IMG/VR virus record: IMGVR_UViG_3300025167_000061
Location: 1-24,630 of that record
Direction: 5' to 3' (one strand)
Length of the DNA stretch: 24,630 nucleotides
Source of the DNA: a virus
Lineage: Duplodnaviria > Caudoviricetes
In this document: positions 15,319-24,468 of the stretch, piece after piece
Position numbering within the stretch: the stretch's first letter is position 1
Layout of the letters: each line of letters begins with the position of its first letter
Position numbers and translations under genes: made by a program
Notes under the pieces: generated by a model
Told to the model about the DNA's origin: nothing
The model's database searches: none
Seen by the model: only the letters and a program-made list of their open reading frames with translations

Positions 15319-16196
15319 TGGCCGCAGCATTAGCACCAGCATGGCAACCTTGGGATAAGGATCGTCCCCGCACCTGGGAGACAGCCGGAGGTCTTTGGAA
15401 GAAGGGTAAAGGCGATCAGCCCGCCATACAAGGCTTTGGTAATATGGCCAGCAATTTAGGAGACCTCCAGCAATTAGGCGACACTGGAATGTATGGCTGG
15501 CGAGTTGATCCCTCCAGTGAGGCCGGTAAAAGCTTCTTGAGTGGCATGAGTTCTGATCCCAATGATCTTAAGGCTTGGGGTATGACTGATCCCAATGTTG
15601 TGGGTCGTGTAGGTGCTTCTGGGACGTATGGTCCGGGCTATGCTCAGTTCAAAATCGTGAAAGATTATCAGGGCAATCAGTATGCGGTTCCACAGGGTTA
15701 TGAATCCTATGGGGCTCATTTATTTTCACCTTCTCAAATGGGTGAACAGTTTGGGCAATATGCAACGGGTCAAACTCCGTTTTATAGCACCCAAGAAGAG
15801 GCCGATGCTGGTGCTGCTGCTGCCGCCAATGCTCCGCCTACGTGGGACACACTTCAAGAACAATTTATGCCTATGATGCAAGATTATATGTCTCGTGGTA
15901 GGGGTCTATTAACTGGTGGGGGCTTCACAGAATCCCCGGAATATCAGCAAACCAAAATGGATGTTGAAGACATAATTAAACCCGAATTGCAGAGCCGAGG
16001 ACTTTTAACTTCGGGACCCGGGCTGCGTGGTATGGAAGATGCCTGGACTCGCTCTGGAATAGGTTTTGAAGAACGACGTGGTACAGAGGCCAATGAATTT
16101 ATGAATTCCCTAATGGGTTTATTGACTGGGGGAAGTCAGGCCAATGATCCAATGGCAGCAATCATTCAAGCCCTTGGTTTACAGATACCTCAATAA
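15318..16196 (+). CDS. Putative DNA transfer/ejection protein (P22 gp7-like)
   Basis: GGAGG RBS; Gly/Gln/Met-rich and Cys-free. FTESPEYQ...RGLLTSGPGLRGM resembles the gp7-like signature. Confidence 0.65.
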   Translation: MAAALAPAWQPWDKDRPRTWETAGGLWKKGKGDQPAIQGFGNMASNLGDLQQLGDTGMYGWRVDPSSEAGKSFLSGMSSDPNDLKAWGMTDPNVVGRVGASGTYGPGYAQFKIVKDYQGNQYAVPQGYESYGAHLFSPSQMGEQFGQYATGQTPFYSTQEEADAGAAAAANAPPTWDTLQEQFMPMMQDYMSRGRGLLTGGGFTESPEYQQTKMDVEDIIKPELQSRGLLTSGPGLRGMEDAWTRSGIGFEERRGTEANEFMNSLMGLLTGGSQANDPMAAIIQALGLQIPQ

Positions 16197-16204
16197 GGAG
16201 CAAA

Positions 16205-17179
16205 ATGCCTTACGCCTATAATCCATGGATGGAAAATTTGCAACAGGGGGGAAGTATGATTCCCTCGATGACACCAGAGCCTACGCAACCTCCGGGTCTT
16301 GATCCACGTCAAATGGGTTTATTGACGCAGCAAGGTTATCCCTCTGGTCTTGTGGGCCAAATGACTCCGGAAGATTTGCGATACATGACTGAGCAAGACC
16401 CCAAGCAACAAATGTGGGCCGCAATACTGGGAGCCATTGAGCAAATGGCTACAGCCGGAATTAATCGTGGACGCAATGTTCCCAATGTGCCTATGTCTGA
16501 AACAAGTGGGGGTAAGTGGGCCGCAAATTTAGCTGCCAAGAGGGGTCAAATAGGGGCACAGGCCCAGACTGGACTTACTCAACAGCGTCAAATGGAAGCC
16601 TTCATGAAACAATTTGGTTTGGAGCAAGGCGGAAGAGAAAAGATTCAAACCATGGGTGACGTTGCCGGAATGGAAAAGATGCGAGCCCAAGAAGCCTTGA
16701 GTGGAGAAGAAGCCCGTAAAACTGCCCAATTTGAAGCCAACCTTCCGGGTAAAACCAATGTAGGACCACTCTATGATGCCCTCATCAAAATTGGACTTCA
16801 ACCCGATGCAGCCCAAGATATCATTTCACGTCATTTAGCAACATTCCCCTCTCCAGGCAAAGAAGCCTCTCAAGCCATGAGTACTGGTAATTTGGCAATT
16901 GATAATGCCAAGCAACAAGCCACGGTAACTTCTCGATTTGGGGGCACATACATTGATCCCGAGAAGTACGTTAAATTACTGGAACCCATGATGACGGGCC
17001 AACCCCAAGAAGTACAGCAAGTCATTAGTAACCAATTAACATTCTATAAAAATGCCGCTAAAGTTTTGGGTCAAGCCCGTGAAGCCAAAAAAGCCGGTCA
17101 ATGGCGACCCGATAAACTTCCACAATTAATGGAATTGAGTGGACTTCGGGAAAATGAAATTCCCGATGATCTTAAATAA
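16205..17179 (+). CDS. Putative ejection protein (P22 gp20 position)
   Basis: AAGGAG RBS; Gln/Met/Gly-rich, helical and Cys-free; called mainly on synteny. Confidence 0.6.
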   Translation: MPYAYNPWMENLQQGGSMIPSMTPEPTQPPGLDPRQMGLLTQQGYPSGLVGQMTPEDLRYMTEQDPKQQMWAAILGAIEQMATAGINRGRNVPNVPMSETSGGKWAANLAAKRGQIGAQAQTGLTQQRQMEAFMKQFGLEQGGREKIQTMGDVAGMEKMRAQEALSGEEARKTAQFEANLPGKTNVGPLYDALIKIGLQPDAAQDIISRHLATFPSPGKEASQAMSTGNLAIDNAKQQATVTSRFGGTYIDPEKYVKLLEPMMTGQPQEVQQVISNQLTFYKNAAKVLGQAREAKKAGQWRPDKLPQLMELSGLRENEIPDDLK

Positions 17180-20100
17180 TGGCAGAGACAAATCCTTTCA
17201 TGGATAGTACATCCCCGGGAATCCCGGCTACTGAGGCTAATCCCTTTATGGATAGTACCCCCGCATCAACCCCCTCTACTTGGGATAAAGTACAGGAGTA
17301 TGCTCCCTTCGTGGAGTATCCGGCTGCTGTAGCAGCCATGGGACTTTTGGGTAGACTCTTGTCTAGGGGTCGAGCCAAGTTACCCCCTGCCGAATTGGGA
17401 CCTCGAGCTCCATTAGGACCTCAAGCGGAAATATTGGGTCCACGTGCCCCAATTCCTGCGGAACCATCCTATATACCACCCCAATTGAATCCCCCTCCAA
17501 TAAGTGTTACACCTCAAGGTACAGCAATTCTTCCGGGCACAGCACCAGAAGCCATCCAAAGGGCACAAAAGATTGAAGCCCTTGGAAGAGCCATGCAAGA
17601 CCCCTCATATCCCATTAAGTATTTTGCGGGAGCACCATTAGCACTTCAAACAGCCCCCGAAAGCGAGCAAGACTTTTTTAATCCCGGAGGTATGACTGTT
17701 TCAGAATTGATTGATAAATTAAAAAATAAAGCCTCTGATGTATTAGGCCATTCCGACATTAAGGGCGCACAGATGCTCAATCGCTTTCTTGAAATGGGTG
17801 CTCCACTTGATGAACCCATTTTTGGAGAAACAGAGGCCTCCAAACGTGAACGAGAAATGCGCGAACAAGCCATGGGTATGGCATTTCCGGGTGCCATGAA
17901 GAGTGTTACTTCGTTAGCAGAAGCTCAGGCACCAGGACTTATTAAAAAGGGTTATGAAGCCTTCAAACAAGTAACCAAACGAGCCTTCACGCCAAAGTTT
18001 TCTGAATATCCCGAAGTTTTTGCGGCCCATAAAACTGCAGTTGGAGAAACCACATTGGGTCTACGAGAGGCTCCCCGTATGGCCAGCACAATGGCTAACT
18101 TCACGCCCCAAGAGAAGATATTGGCCGGAGAGGCTCTTCGAGGGGCTCCAGAACCCATGGCAATCCCGAAGATTGCCGAAGCTGTAAAACCAATGCGCCA
18201 AGAAATTGATCGACTGAGTTCCGAAATATCTCAGCAACTTGATCCCCTCCAGCACAAGGCCCTATTGGATGAGATTCAGAGCAATATGGGAACATATGTT
18301 CGCAGGGTGTACGGAAGAGATGTCCTTGGCAAGGATTATACTCCGCCGCAACATGCCGTGGATAGTGCACGGAAGTGGTTGAAGGCCAACCTTTCTGATG
18401 CATCTGAGAGTAATGTTGAGTCCACGATTTTAGAAATAATTGCCGGTAAAGCCCGCTCTCTAAATACCGTAGGTTCAGGTATCGGCAAGTTGCGCAACCT
18501 TCCTGAAAGGGCGCCAGGCGCAGGGCTCCCAAAGGCAACTCGTATTGATATATCCCCTCTATTGCCTCGGGAACGTATCCCACAACCCATCCGGGAACTG
18601 ATGGGCGAAGTAATCCCTGGCGACTATGTTGGCGCTCGTACCGTAGGCGATTTAAGTTCCACATTGGCAAACCTCAAGTTTTTTAAAACGATTGCTTCTA
18701 ATCCCAACTTGGCCTCAGACATGAAACAAGTGGGATGGTCTCAAATGCCCCAGGGCGCACGATTGGGTGCGTTGAGTGGAAAGTACGTTCCAGAGGCTTT
18801 GTATGACGATCTCCAAGAAATTGCCTCTCCCGAAGTGCAAAACACAATTGATAAGGTATATCATACAATTTATAATGCCTGGCGAATGGGGAAAACGGCC
18901 ATGGACCCCGTTACGCACGGACGAAATGTTTTAGGTAATGTACTATTTTCTGGATTGGCCAAGGTATCGCCCTTCGATCCCCGTAATGGTACTTACTACA
19001 AGCAAGCCTTCTCGCATATTTATAATGATACACCTATGTTGCAAGAAGCCTATAAACAAGGTGTAATTGGCACCGAAATGATGGGTGCCGATATTAAGCC
19101 CTTAATCAAAAATTTGATGGCCACAAGAGGTGACAATTTCTTGGTGGACTTTTGGGATGCCGCCAAGGGCATGGTAAGGGGTGCCGGAGAATTATATAAA
19201 ATTGAAGATCAAATTCCAAAATTGGCTTCATATATTAAGCAACTCAGTTTGGGTATGTCTCCCCCCGATGCCGCAAAGTTTGTGGATAGATGGTTTCCTA
19301 ATTATACACAGTTACCACGAATTTTTGGCAAGCTCAAGAAATCCAAATTAGAACCCCTCATGTCGCCTTTCGTGAGTTTTACTGCCGAAGCCACTCGAAT
19401 CTTTAAGAATGCAGCCATGGACCCCTCCAGATGGGGCACGTTGGCATTTTGGGGCGTGGGATTACCGGCAGGAATAACGGCCTATAGTGCGGCCCACAAT
19501 GGCATCTCGGTAGAGGAACTCAAGGATATGTTTATGAGTTTGCCCAAGACCGAGCAAACCAAGGGGCCATTCAACATTTTATTGCCTTGGCGAGACAAGA
19601 AGGGTGGTCTACAAGTCGTAGATATTTCACCCATTATACCCCTCGGACAAGCCTTCCAGCAAAAGAGTCTTTTATCAGCCATAGGAGCCGAAGAGGTACC
19701 CCTGGTTGGAAGCCTAGTGGGAGGCAATCCCTTCGTGATGGCCGTTGTTCAAAGTGCCATGGACCAAAATTGGTGGACAGAGGCTCCTATTACACGACCC
19801 TCTGATAAATCCAAGACCCTAAGTCATTTGGAATTTCTTGCGGGACAAACGGCACCTATCCCGACCAGTCTCCAAAGAGTTTATCGGGAATACGAGAAGG
19901 GTCGTGCCTCTCCAACCGAACAAACATTGGAAGCCATATCTCCCGTTCGTACCTCTTCCGTGCCAAACTTAATTATGCGACGATATTCCCAATCTGAAAA
20001 AGAGGCCCAAGATATTGAAAAAGATATTAACCGCGTCGCCCGTGAGGGTTCTTCGGAAATTAATCCTTTCTTGGATAGACGGGCCACTCCCAGAGAAAAA

Positions 20101-20205
20101 TTGAGTGCTGCGGCCCGCATGGACCGCTTGGAAAAGCAAGGCAAAGAATGGGAAAAACGCAACAAACAATTGGAACGTGCCTACTACCGTAGTGGAGGTC
20201 GTTAA
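17179..20205 (+). CDS. Large internal virion/ejection protein (gp16-like position), 1008 aa
   Basis: Cys-free and helical, with N-terminal NPF and LGP repeats. Motifs THGRNVLGN, FPNYTQLP and SPFVSFTAEATRIF are typical of large phage ejection or polyvalent proteins. Confidence 0.75.
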   Translation: MAETNPFMDSTSPGIPATEANPFMDSTPASTPSTWDKVQEYAPFVEYPAAVAAMGLLGRLLSRGRAKLPPAELGPRAPLGPQAEILGPRAPIPAEPSYIPPQLNPPPISVTPQGTAILPGTAPEAIQRAQKIEALGRAMQDPSYPIKYFAGAPLALQTAPESEQDFFNPGGMTVSELIDKLKNKASDVLGHSDIKGAQMLNRFLEMGAPLDEPIFGETEASKREREMREQAMGMAFPGAMKSVTSLAEAQAPGLIKKGYEAFKQVTKRAFTPKFSEYPEVFAAHKTAVGETTLGLREAPRMASTMANFTPQEKILAGEALRGAPEPMAIPKIAEAVKPMRQEIDRLSSEISQQLDPLQHKALLDEIQSNMGTYVRRVYGRDVLGKDYTPPQHAVDSARKWLKANLSDASESNVESTILEIIAGKARSLNTVGSGIGKLRNLPERAPGAGLPKATRIDISPLLPRERIPQPIRELMGEVIPGDYVGARTVGDLSSTLANLKFFKTIASNPNLASDMKQVGWSQMPQGARLGALSGKYVPEALYDDLQEIASPEVQNTIDKVYHTIYNAWRMGKTAMDPVTHGRNVLGNVLFSGLAKVSPFDPRNGTYYKQAFSHIYNDTPMLQEAYKQGVIGTEMMGADIKPLIKNLMATRGDNFLVDFWDAAKGMVRGAGELYKIEDQIPKLASYIKQLSLGMSPPDAAKFVDRWFPNYTQLPRIFGKLKKSKLEPLMSPFVSFTAEATRIFKNAAMDPSRWGTLAFWGVGLPAGITAYSAAHNGISVEELKDMFMSLPKTEQTKGPFNILLPWRDKKGGLQVVDISPIIPLGQAFQQKSLLSAIGAEEVPLVGSLVGGNPFVMAVVQSAMDQNWWTEAPITRPSDKSKTLSHLEFLAGQTAPIPTSLQRVYREYEKGRASPTEQTLEAISPVRTSSVPNLIMRRYSQSEKEAQDIEKDINRVAREGSSEINPFLDRRATPREKLSAAARMDRLEKQGKEWEKRNKQLERAYYRSGGR

Positions 20206-20645
20206 TGCCGAATTTTATTACTGGAACTTCTGATCCCAATATTCAATCCATGTTGGGTAATTTTGGTCCTGCAGCTTTAGGAGTAAATCCTATGGGGGGA
20301 CCCTCTAAGGCTCTCTTAGACCCTAAAATTATATCTAAAATTCTAGAATATTTAAGTGGCCGGGGAGCTCCCGTTCCGGGCAGTCAGTTGGGAGCCAATG
20401 CATTAGGTGAAATGGCTGGGCAAGCCGGAGGTAGTTTTCTCTCTAAAGGACCAGGAATCCAGGCCGATATGGATTTTATGGACCTAATTTTAAATATGTT
20501 TAAGCGTAATCCTACAGGAGCCCTTGCAGGTGCCGATGTTGGAGGTTTTGGTATTGGCCGAACTGGAGCCGGTATAGATCGAAGTCTCATTCGTCCATTG
20601 GCAGAAATACAGTCAGGACGGATGCCTTTCTATAACATGAATTAA
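20205..20645 (+). CDS. Gly-rich hypothetical protein, possible minor virion protein
   Basis: GGAGG RBS and TAATG coupling; composition resembles the ejection proteins. Confidence 0.6.
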   Translation: MPNFITGTSDPNIQSMLGNFGPAALGVNPMGGPSKALLDPKIISKILEYLSGRGAPVPGSQLGANALGEMAGQAGGSFLSKGPGIQADMDFMDLILNMFKRNPTGALAGADVGGFGIGRTGAGIDRSLIRPLAEIQSGRMPFYNMN

Positions 20646-20653
20646 GGAGATGT

Positions 20654-20902
20654 ATGCCAATCTATGTCTACAAATGTCCCACGTGTGAAGGCATCACAGA
20701 GGAACTCACATCGGTGGGTAATATGCGCGAGACCATTCAATGCATCAATTGCGACTATTTGGCCTTCCGTATTGTGACTTCACCGGCTTCCATTAAGATG
20801 GCTCCACGTAAGAAATGGCGTGGCGGAGAGGGTGCTATTCATAGCCACGACTTTGATGCCGACTACCACCGCATTGCAGGCAGTGGCGATAGGATGATCT
20901 AA
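20654..20902 (+). CDS. FmdB-family zinc ribbon protein
   Basis: AAGGAG RBS; MPIYVYKCPTC...CINC...RIVTSP matches the FmdB pattern MP-x-Y-x-Y-x-C-x2-C. Confidence 0.85.
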   Translation: MPIYVYKCPTCEGITEELTSVGNMRETIQCINCDYLAFRIVTSPASIKMAPRKKWRGGEGAIHSHDFDADYHRIAGSGDRMI

Positions 20903-23487
20903 TGGGTCTTGAGGGCTACATACGAAGTGATGGCAAACGTGCCATAGTAGGCAATCTTAAGTTATATCACAGTAAGCCCGCTATTCGCCTTAAAGGCACG
21001 GAAACCGGGGGCAAGGAATTTAGGCTCATAGAGGATACCGGAAAATTCAAGATTCAAAAGAATCTCGGAACTTACCACATTCCTAATTGGCACGATAGTT
21101 TTGTCATAGACCTCAGTGCCTCAGACGATGCCTTTACTGCTGGTTCTGTTATATTTGCTGGAAGTGATGGTTTAACTCTTGAAGAGGATAATGCCAATCT
21201 TTTTTGGGATGATACTAATAATTATTTAGGAATTGGAACGGCTACACCCGCTTACGATCTTCATGTTAAGCACAATGTAACTGGTTTTGCGGCCAGTGCA
21301 GCCATTATTCAAGAGCATGCTACTGGTAATGTGGCCTCTCTCCTAATTCAAACCAAAGGCGCCAACCAAGATGCCTCCGTGGATATACATGCTCCTGCCG
21401 GAAGTGGGGATGTTTATACCCACTATCGAATAACCGGAGTTCAGAGTTGGACCGTTGGAATTGATAACGACGATTCTGACAAGTTCAAAATAAGTGGTGC
21501 CAATCCTCTTGGCACGGCAGACGCTTTTGTTATCTTACCCGATTCAGGGGTAGGCCCGTACTTTGGATTTGGTGCAAGCCCGGACTATAATTTTCATTTC
21601 AAGGAGAACAATCCGAATATAATTCAGTGTGTCTTTGAGAATACCGGAGTTGTCGCTGATTCTTCCGGCCTGCGTATGCACTTAAAAGTTGCCAATGCAG
21701 CCGCCGGTGATCCAATCTATACTCTGAGTATCGGTGGTGGTGGTCAAGATTGGAGCATGGGCATAGATAACAGTGATAGCGATAAATTCAAGATTCGCAA
21801 CGCTACCACGATGGCCCTTGATACAGCCACTAAGATTTGCCTTACTTCTGGATTCGGTCTTGGAATTTTCACTGATTCACCGGCGTATGAAGTTCATGTA
21901 AACCCATCAAACGCCGGAGCCACAACCACTGTCGCCCTCGAGAATGCGTCCGATACGGCAAGTAGTGGGGTCAAATTGTACCTCAAAGTCGCTGGCGCAT
22001 TGGCAGCCGATTCGTTTATCACGTTTGACGTAGCTTCGATTACTCAATGGTCTATTGGAATTGACAACAGCGATTCGGATAATTTCAAGATTAGTGCTTC
22101 GACTGCTCTTGGAACATCCGATATGTTTAACATGCTTACCACCGGGGAAAGTGGATGGCGTGGTGCGACTCCTGTAGCCAATGTGAATCATACGATCAAA
22201 CTTTTTGCTACAAGTGCGGCTAAAGGCATACGAATTATAGACAGTGGCGTAGTCCTGATGGCCACTCTTGGTAAGCTGGCAACATCGAGTGGTGGTGGAT
22301 TAGATGTTTTCAATAGTTCAGGTGGACTTGCCGGGCGTTTCGGTGCCGGAATTATCGGTTCAGTTCACAGCTTTTTGACTGAGTCATGGTTTGGTTTGGG
22401 CCAGGCTGTTCCAACTGCTCAACTTCATGTAGAAAGTACGAATGCTGTCCTTGACGGAGTAGCCCAAATTCATGTGACGCCCTTGGATGGACACGCCATC
22501 GATAAGGGCGGAATGATTGGATTAAGGGGTTACACCAATTCAACAGCCTCTCCAACAAATTTTGCTGTCATCGCTGGCCGTAAAGAAAACGGTACTGCTC
22601 TTGATAGAAAAGGCTATTTTAGTCTCGGAGTCAACAATGGTTCGGCTGTTGTCGAACGATTGCATATCGCAAGTGATGGAACAATTACGTTTGGGATTGG
22701 GGCTATTGACCACGGAGCCCTCGGCGGTTTAACTGGTGATGACCACACCCAATATCAAAAGGAAACGGACTTCACGGAGGGAAGTATTCTCTTTCGTGGG
22801 GCCTCGGCAATCACCCAAGATAACGCTAACCTTTTTTGGGATGATACCAATAATAGACTCGCTATTGGCACAGCAAGTCCAGACGTTGCTCTTCATATAT
22901 TTTCAAATACCAATCAGGATGGAATTTTGATCCAGGGTTCCTCCAATCCCCGTCTCCGTTTGATAGATACAACCAATAACGCTACCTTCTCGGCTTATAT
23001 GGGGGATACACAGGCTTCATTCGGAACATTATCTGCTCATGACTTTTATCTTGTAACGAACGACGCCCAACGTATGTTGGTTACGGCTGCTGGACTTTAT
23101 ACTCTTTATACAACTAGCATCGTGGAACAGGGTGCCGGAACGACAAGTTTTACAGTCAGAAATACAGTTCCAGCCCCTACTGTTTTTTGTTCCATCAAGT
23201 CTACTACTTATGGCAAAATTGGTACTGACGGGAATCATAATCTGGTTCTTTATACAAATGATGCTGAACGGGTTTGGATTACTGCCGCCGGATTAGTTGG
23301 AATTGGTGGTACTCCCGATGCCTATGGTGCCCTGGACGTTCAATCCACCGTTGGAGCCATTATAGTACCTCGCATGACCACGACCCAAAGGGATGCTCTA
23401 ACGGCAGCCAATGGTATGATTCTTTACAATTCTACGACGAACAAGTTCCAGGGCTATGAAGCCGGGGCTTGGACGAACCTAATTTAA
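20902..23487 (+). CDS. Tail fibre/spike, putative receptor-binding protein, 861 aa
   Basis: Repeated LGIGT-x-P-x3-LHV modules, two DNANLFWDDTNN, three WxxGIDNxDSDxFKI, DHGALGGLTGDDHTQY, and C-terminal PRMTTTQRDAL...GMILYNSTTNKFQGY. Confidence 0.85.
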   Translation: MGLEGYIRSDGKRAIVGNLKLYHSKPAIRLKGTETGGKEFRLIEDTGKFKIQKNLGTYHIPNWHDSFVIDLSASDDAFTAGSVIFAGSDGLTLEEDNANLFWDDTNNYLGIGTATPAYDLHVKHNVTGFAASAAIIQEHATGNVASLLIQTKGANQDASVDIHAPAGSGDVYTHYRITGVQSWTVGIDNDDSDKFKISGANPLGTADAFVILPDSGVGPYFGFGASPDYNFHFKENNPNIIQCVFENTGVVADSSGLRMHLKVANAAAGDPIYTLSIGGGGQDWSMGIDNSDSDKFKIRNATTMALDTATKICLTSGFGLGIFTDSPAYEVHVNPSNAGATTTVALENASDTASSGVKLYLKVAGALAADSFITFDVASITQWSIGIDNSDSDNFKISASTALGTSDMFNMLTTGESGWRGATPVANVNHTIKLFATSAAKGIRIIDSGVVLMATLGKLATSSGGGLDVFNSSGGLAGRFGAGIIGSVHSFLTESWFGLGQAVPTAQLHVESTNAVLDGVAQIHVTPLDGHAIDKGGMIGLRGYTNSTASPTNFAVIAGRKENGTALDRKGYFSLGVNNGSAVVERLHIASDGTITFGIGAIDHGALGGLTGDDHTQYQKETDFTEGSILFRGASAITQDNANLFWDDTNNRLAIGTASPDVALHIFSNTNQDGILIQGSSNPRLRLIDTTNNATFSAYMGDTQASFGTLSAHDFYLVTNDAQRMLVTAAGLYTLYTTSIVEQGAGTTSFTVRNTVPAPTVFCSIKSTTYGKIGTDGNHNLVLYTNDAERVWITAAGLVGIGGTPDAYGALDVQSTVGAIIVPRMTTTQRDALTAANGMILYNSTTNKFQGYEAGAWTNLI

Positions 23488-23494
23488 GGACAAT

Positions 23495-23713
23495 ATGGAC
23501 TGGATAGCCCTACTCTTAAGTGGATTGATTTTTCCAACCCTGTGGTATTTTTTGAGGCGCAGTAATCAACAAGCCGAGGCCCTAGCCAAGGAAGTCTTGT
23601 TGGTTAAGGAAAATGATTTGGCCCACATTGCCACAGACATTAAAGAAATCAAAGACGACGTGAGGGTACTAACATCAAAATTTATGGATCATTTGGAGGA
23701 TCATTCCCGATGA
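23495..23713 (+). CDS. Single-TM coiled-coil membrane protein, holin-like
   Basis: AAGGA RBS; N-terminal hydrophobic helix WIALLLSGLIFPTLWYFL followed by RR; coiled coil ending in FMDHLEDH; follows the tail fibre. Confidence 0.6.
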   Translation: MDWIALLLSGLIFPTLWYFLRRSNQQAEALAKEVLLVKENDLAHIATDIKEIKDDVRVLTSKFMDHLEDHSR

Positions 23714-23883
23714 GAGAGAATTTAAGGGGAGCATTCAAAACTACGTGCCTATTGTTGTTGGGATTTCTTTTGGCCATGGCCCTAAGCAATCGCATTGTGG
23801 CCTGTGGCTTTAGCTTTCAGACTGGACCTCTTGTAGCAACAGAAGAGTCTGCGGGTTCAAGAATCTTCTTCAATCTCCCTTAA
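23710..23883 (+). CDS. 57-aa membrane or secreted peptide (below the ORF-track cut-off)
   Basis: ATGA overlap with the upstream stop and a GGAGG RBS. Translates as MRENLRGAFKTTCLLLLGFLLAMALSNRIVACGFSFQTGPLVATEESAGSRIFFNLP. Confidence 0.6.
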   Translation: MRENLRGAFKTTCLLLLGFLLAMALSNRIVACGFSFQTGPLVATEESAGSRIFFNLP

Positions 23884-24144
23884 TATTCGTGCCAATCTTC
23901 GTCCCGAAGGAGGTTTTGAAATTCCCCCCTTGGGGGAACGTGAGGGGAGAGAAGAGCAGGCACATTCCAGAGCAGTCATCCCACATACCCCGCAATCGTG
24001 GGGTTTTATATTATCCAGCAGCATCTCCATCAAAACACAGCCCTCGATATCCATAGAAAGGGGCATGCCAGAAGCACCCAATTTGATGCGTTTTAGGGGG
24101 GTAGGTACCGTAGCCTTACCCCCTTTTTTAGTCTTTTTAGCCAC
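23857..24144 (-). CDS. Small basic protein with CxxC-x6-CxC (possible Zn binding)
   Basis: Start moved to GTG 24144 because AAGGAG lies 6 nt upstream. Contains HDCGVCGMTALECAC. Confidence 0.65.
   Translation of the reverse strand: MAKKTKKGGKATVPTPLKRIKLGASGMPLSMDIEGCVLMEMLLDNIKPHDCGVCGMTALECACSSLPSRSPKGGISKPPSGRRLARILREIEEDS
24095..24129 (+). terminator. Candidate + strand terminator for the morphogenesis operon
   Basis: GGGGGTAGGT pairs with GCCTTACCCCC (one bulge), followed by TTTTTT. Confidence 0.5.
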
Positions 24145-24197
24145 TCGTAACTCCTTGTATTTATTGGTTATCAAAATGATACTCTTTCCAGGTGCCT

Positions 24198-24398
24198 CTA
24201 GGTTGGGCTCTTTGACTCCTTTTTCAGGAAGTCTCGAGGTCTTAAGACCGGTACTTTAATGAGATTATTGTTGGATTGGTCCTGGTCTTGTTGGGATAAT
24301 GTCTTGATTAGGGTAGCCAGCGCTTCTCCAATAACCTGGACCTTCATCTCCACTGCTGCCAGCCGACCTCTGCGCTTTAAGTTCTTTGGCGATTGCAT
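24198..24398 (-). CDS. Hypothetical protein
   Basis: GGAGG lies 6 nt before the ATG. Coiled-coil-like RLAAVEMKVQVIGEALATLIKTL. Confidence 0.5.
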   Translation of the reverse strand: MQSPKNLKRRGRLAAVEMKVQVIGEALATLIKTLSQQDQDQSNNNLIKVPVLRPRDFLKKESKSPT

Positions 24399-24468
24399 TT
24401 AGTGCCTCCCTTATCTCAGTTAAAGTATCTATAACTTTTTTAATGCATCTATATTCAAAATCAGTCAT
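24265..24468 (-). CDS. Hypothetical coiled-coil protein
   Basis: GAGGA RBS and ATGA coupling to the upstream gene; amphipathic helix IKKVIDTLTEIREALNAIAKELK. Confidence 0.65.
   Translation of the reverse strand: MTDFEYRCIKKVIDTLTEIREALNAIAKELKAQRSAGSSGDEGPGYWRSAGYPNQDIIPTRPGPIQQ

Noticed and set aside
2704-23459. Many antisense and nested ORFs in the track (e.g. 2704-3168, 4089-4622, 18101-18670)
   Set aside because: They are shadows of well-supported + strand genes and show no recognisable motifs.
20902-23487. Diversity-generating retroelement target or template repeats
   Set aside because: The repeats differ mainly at synonymous positions rather than only at adenines, and no reverse transcriptase gene is in the window.
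1733-23883. Stop-codon reassignment
   Set aside because: The standard code gives full-length TerL, portal, capsid and tail genes with dense TAATG coupling, so no recoding is needed.
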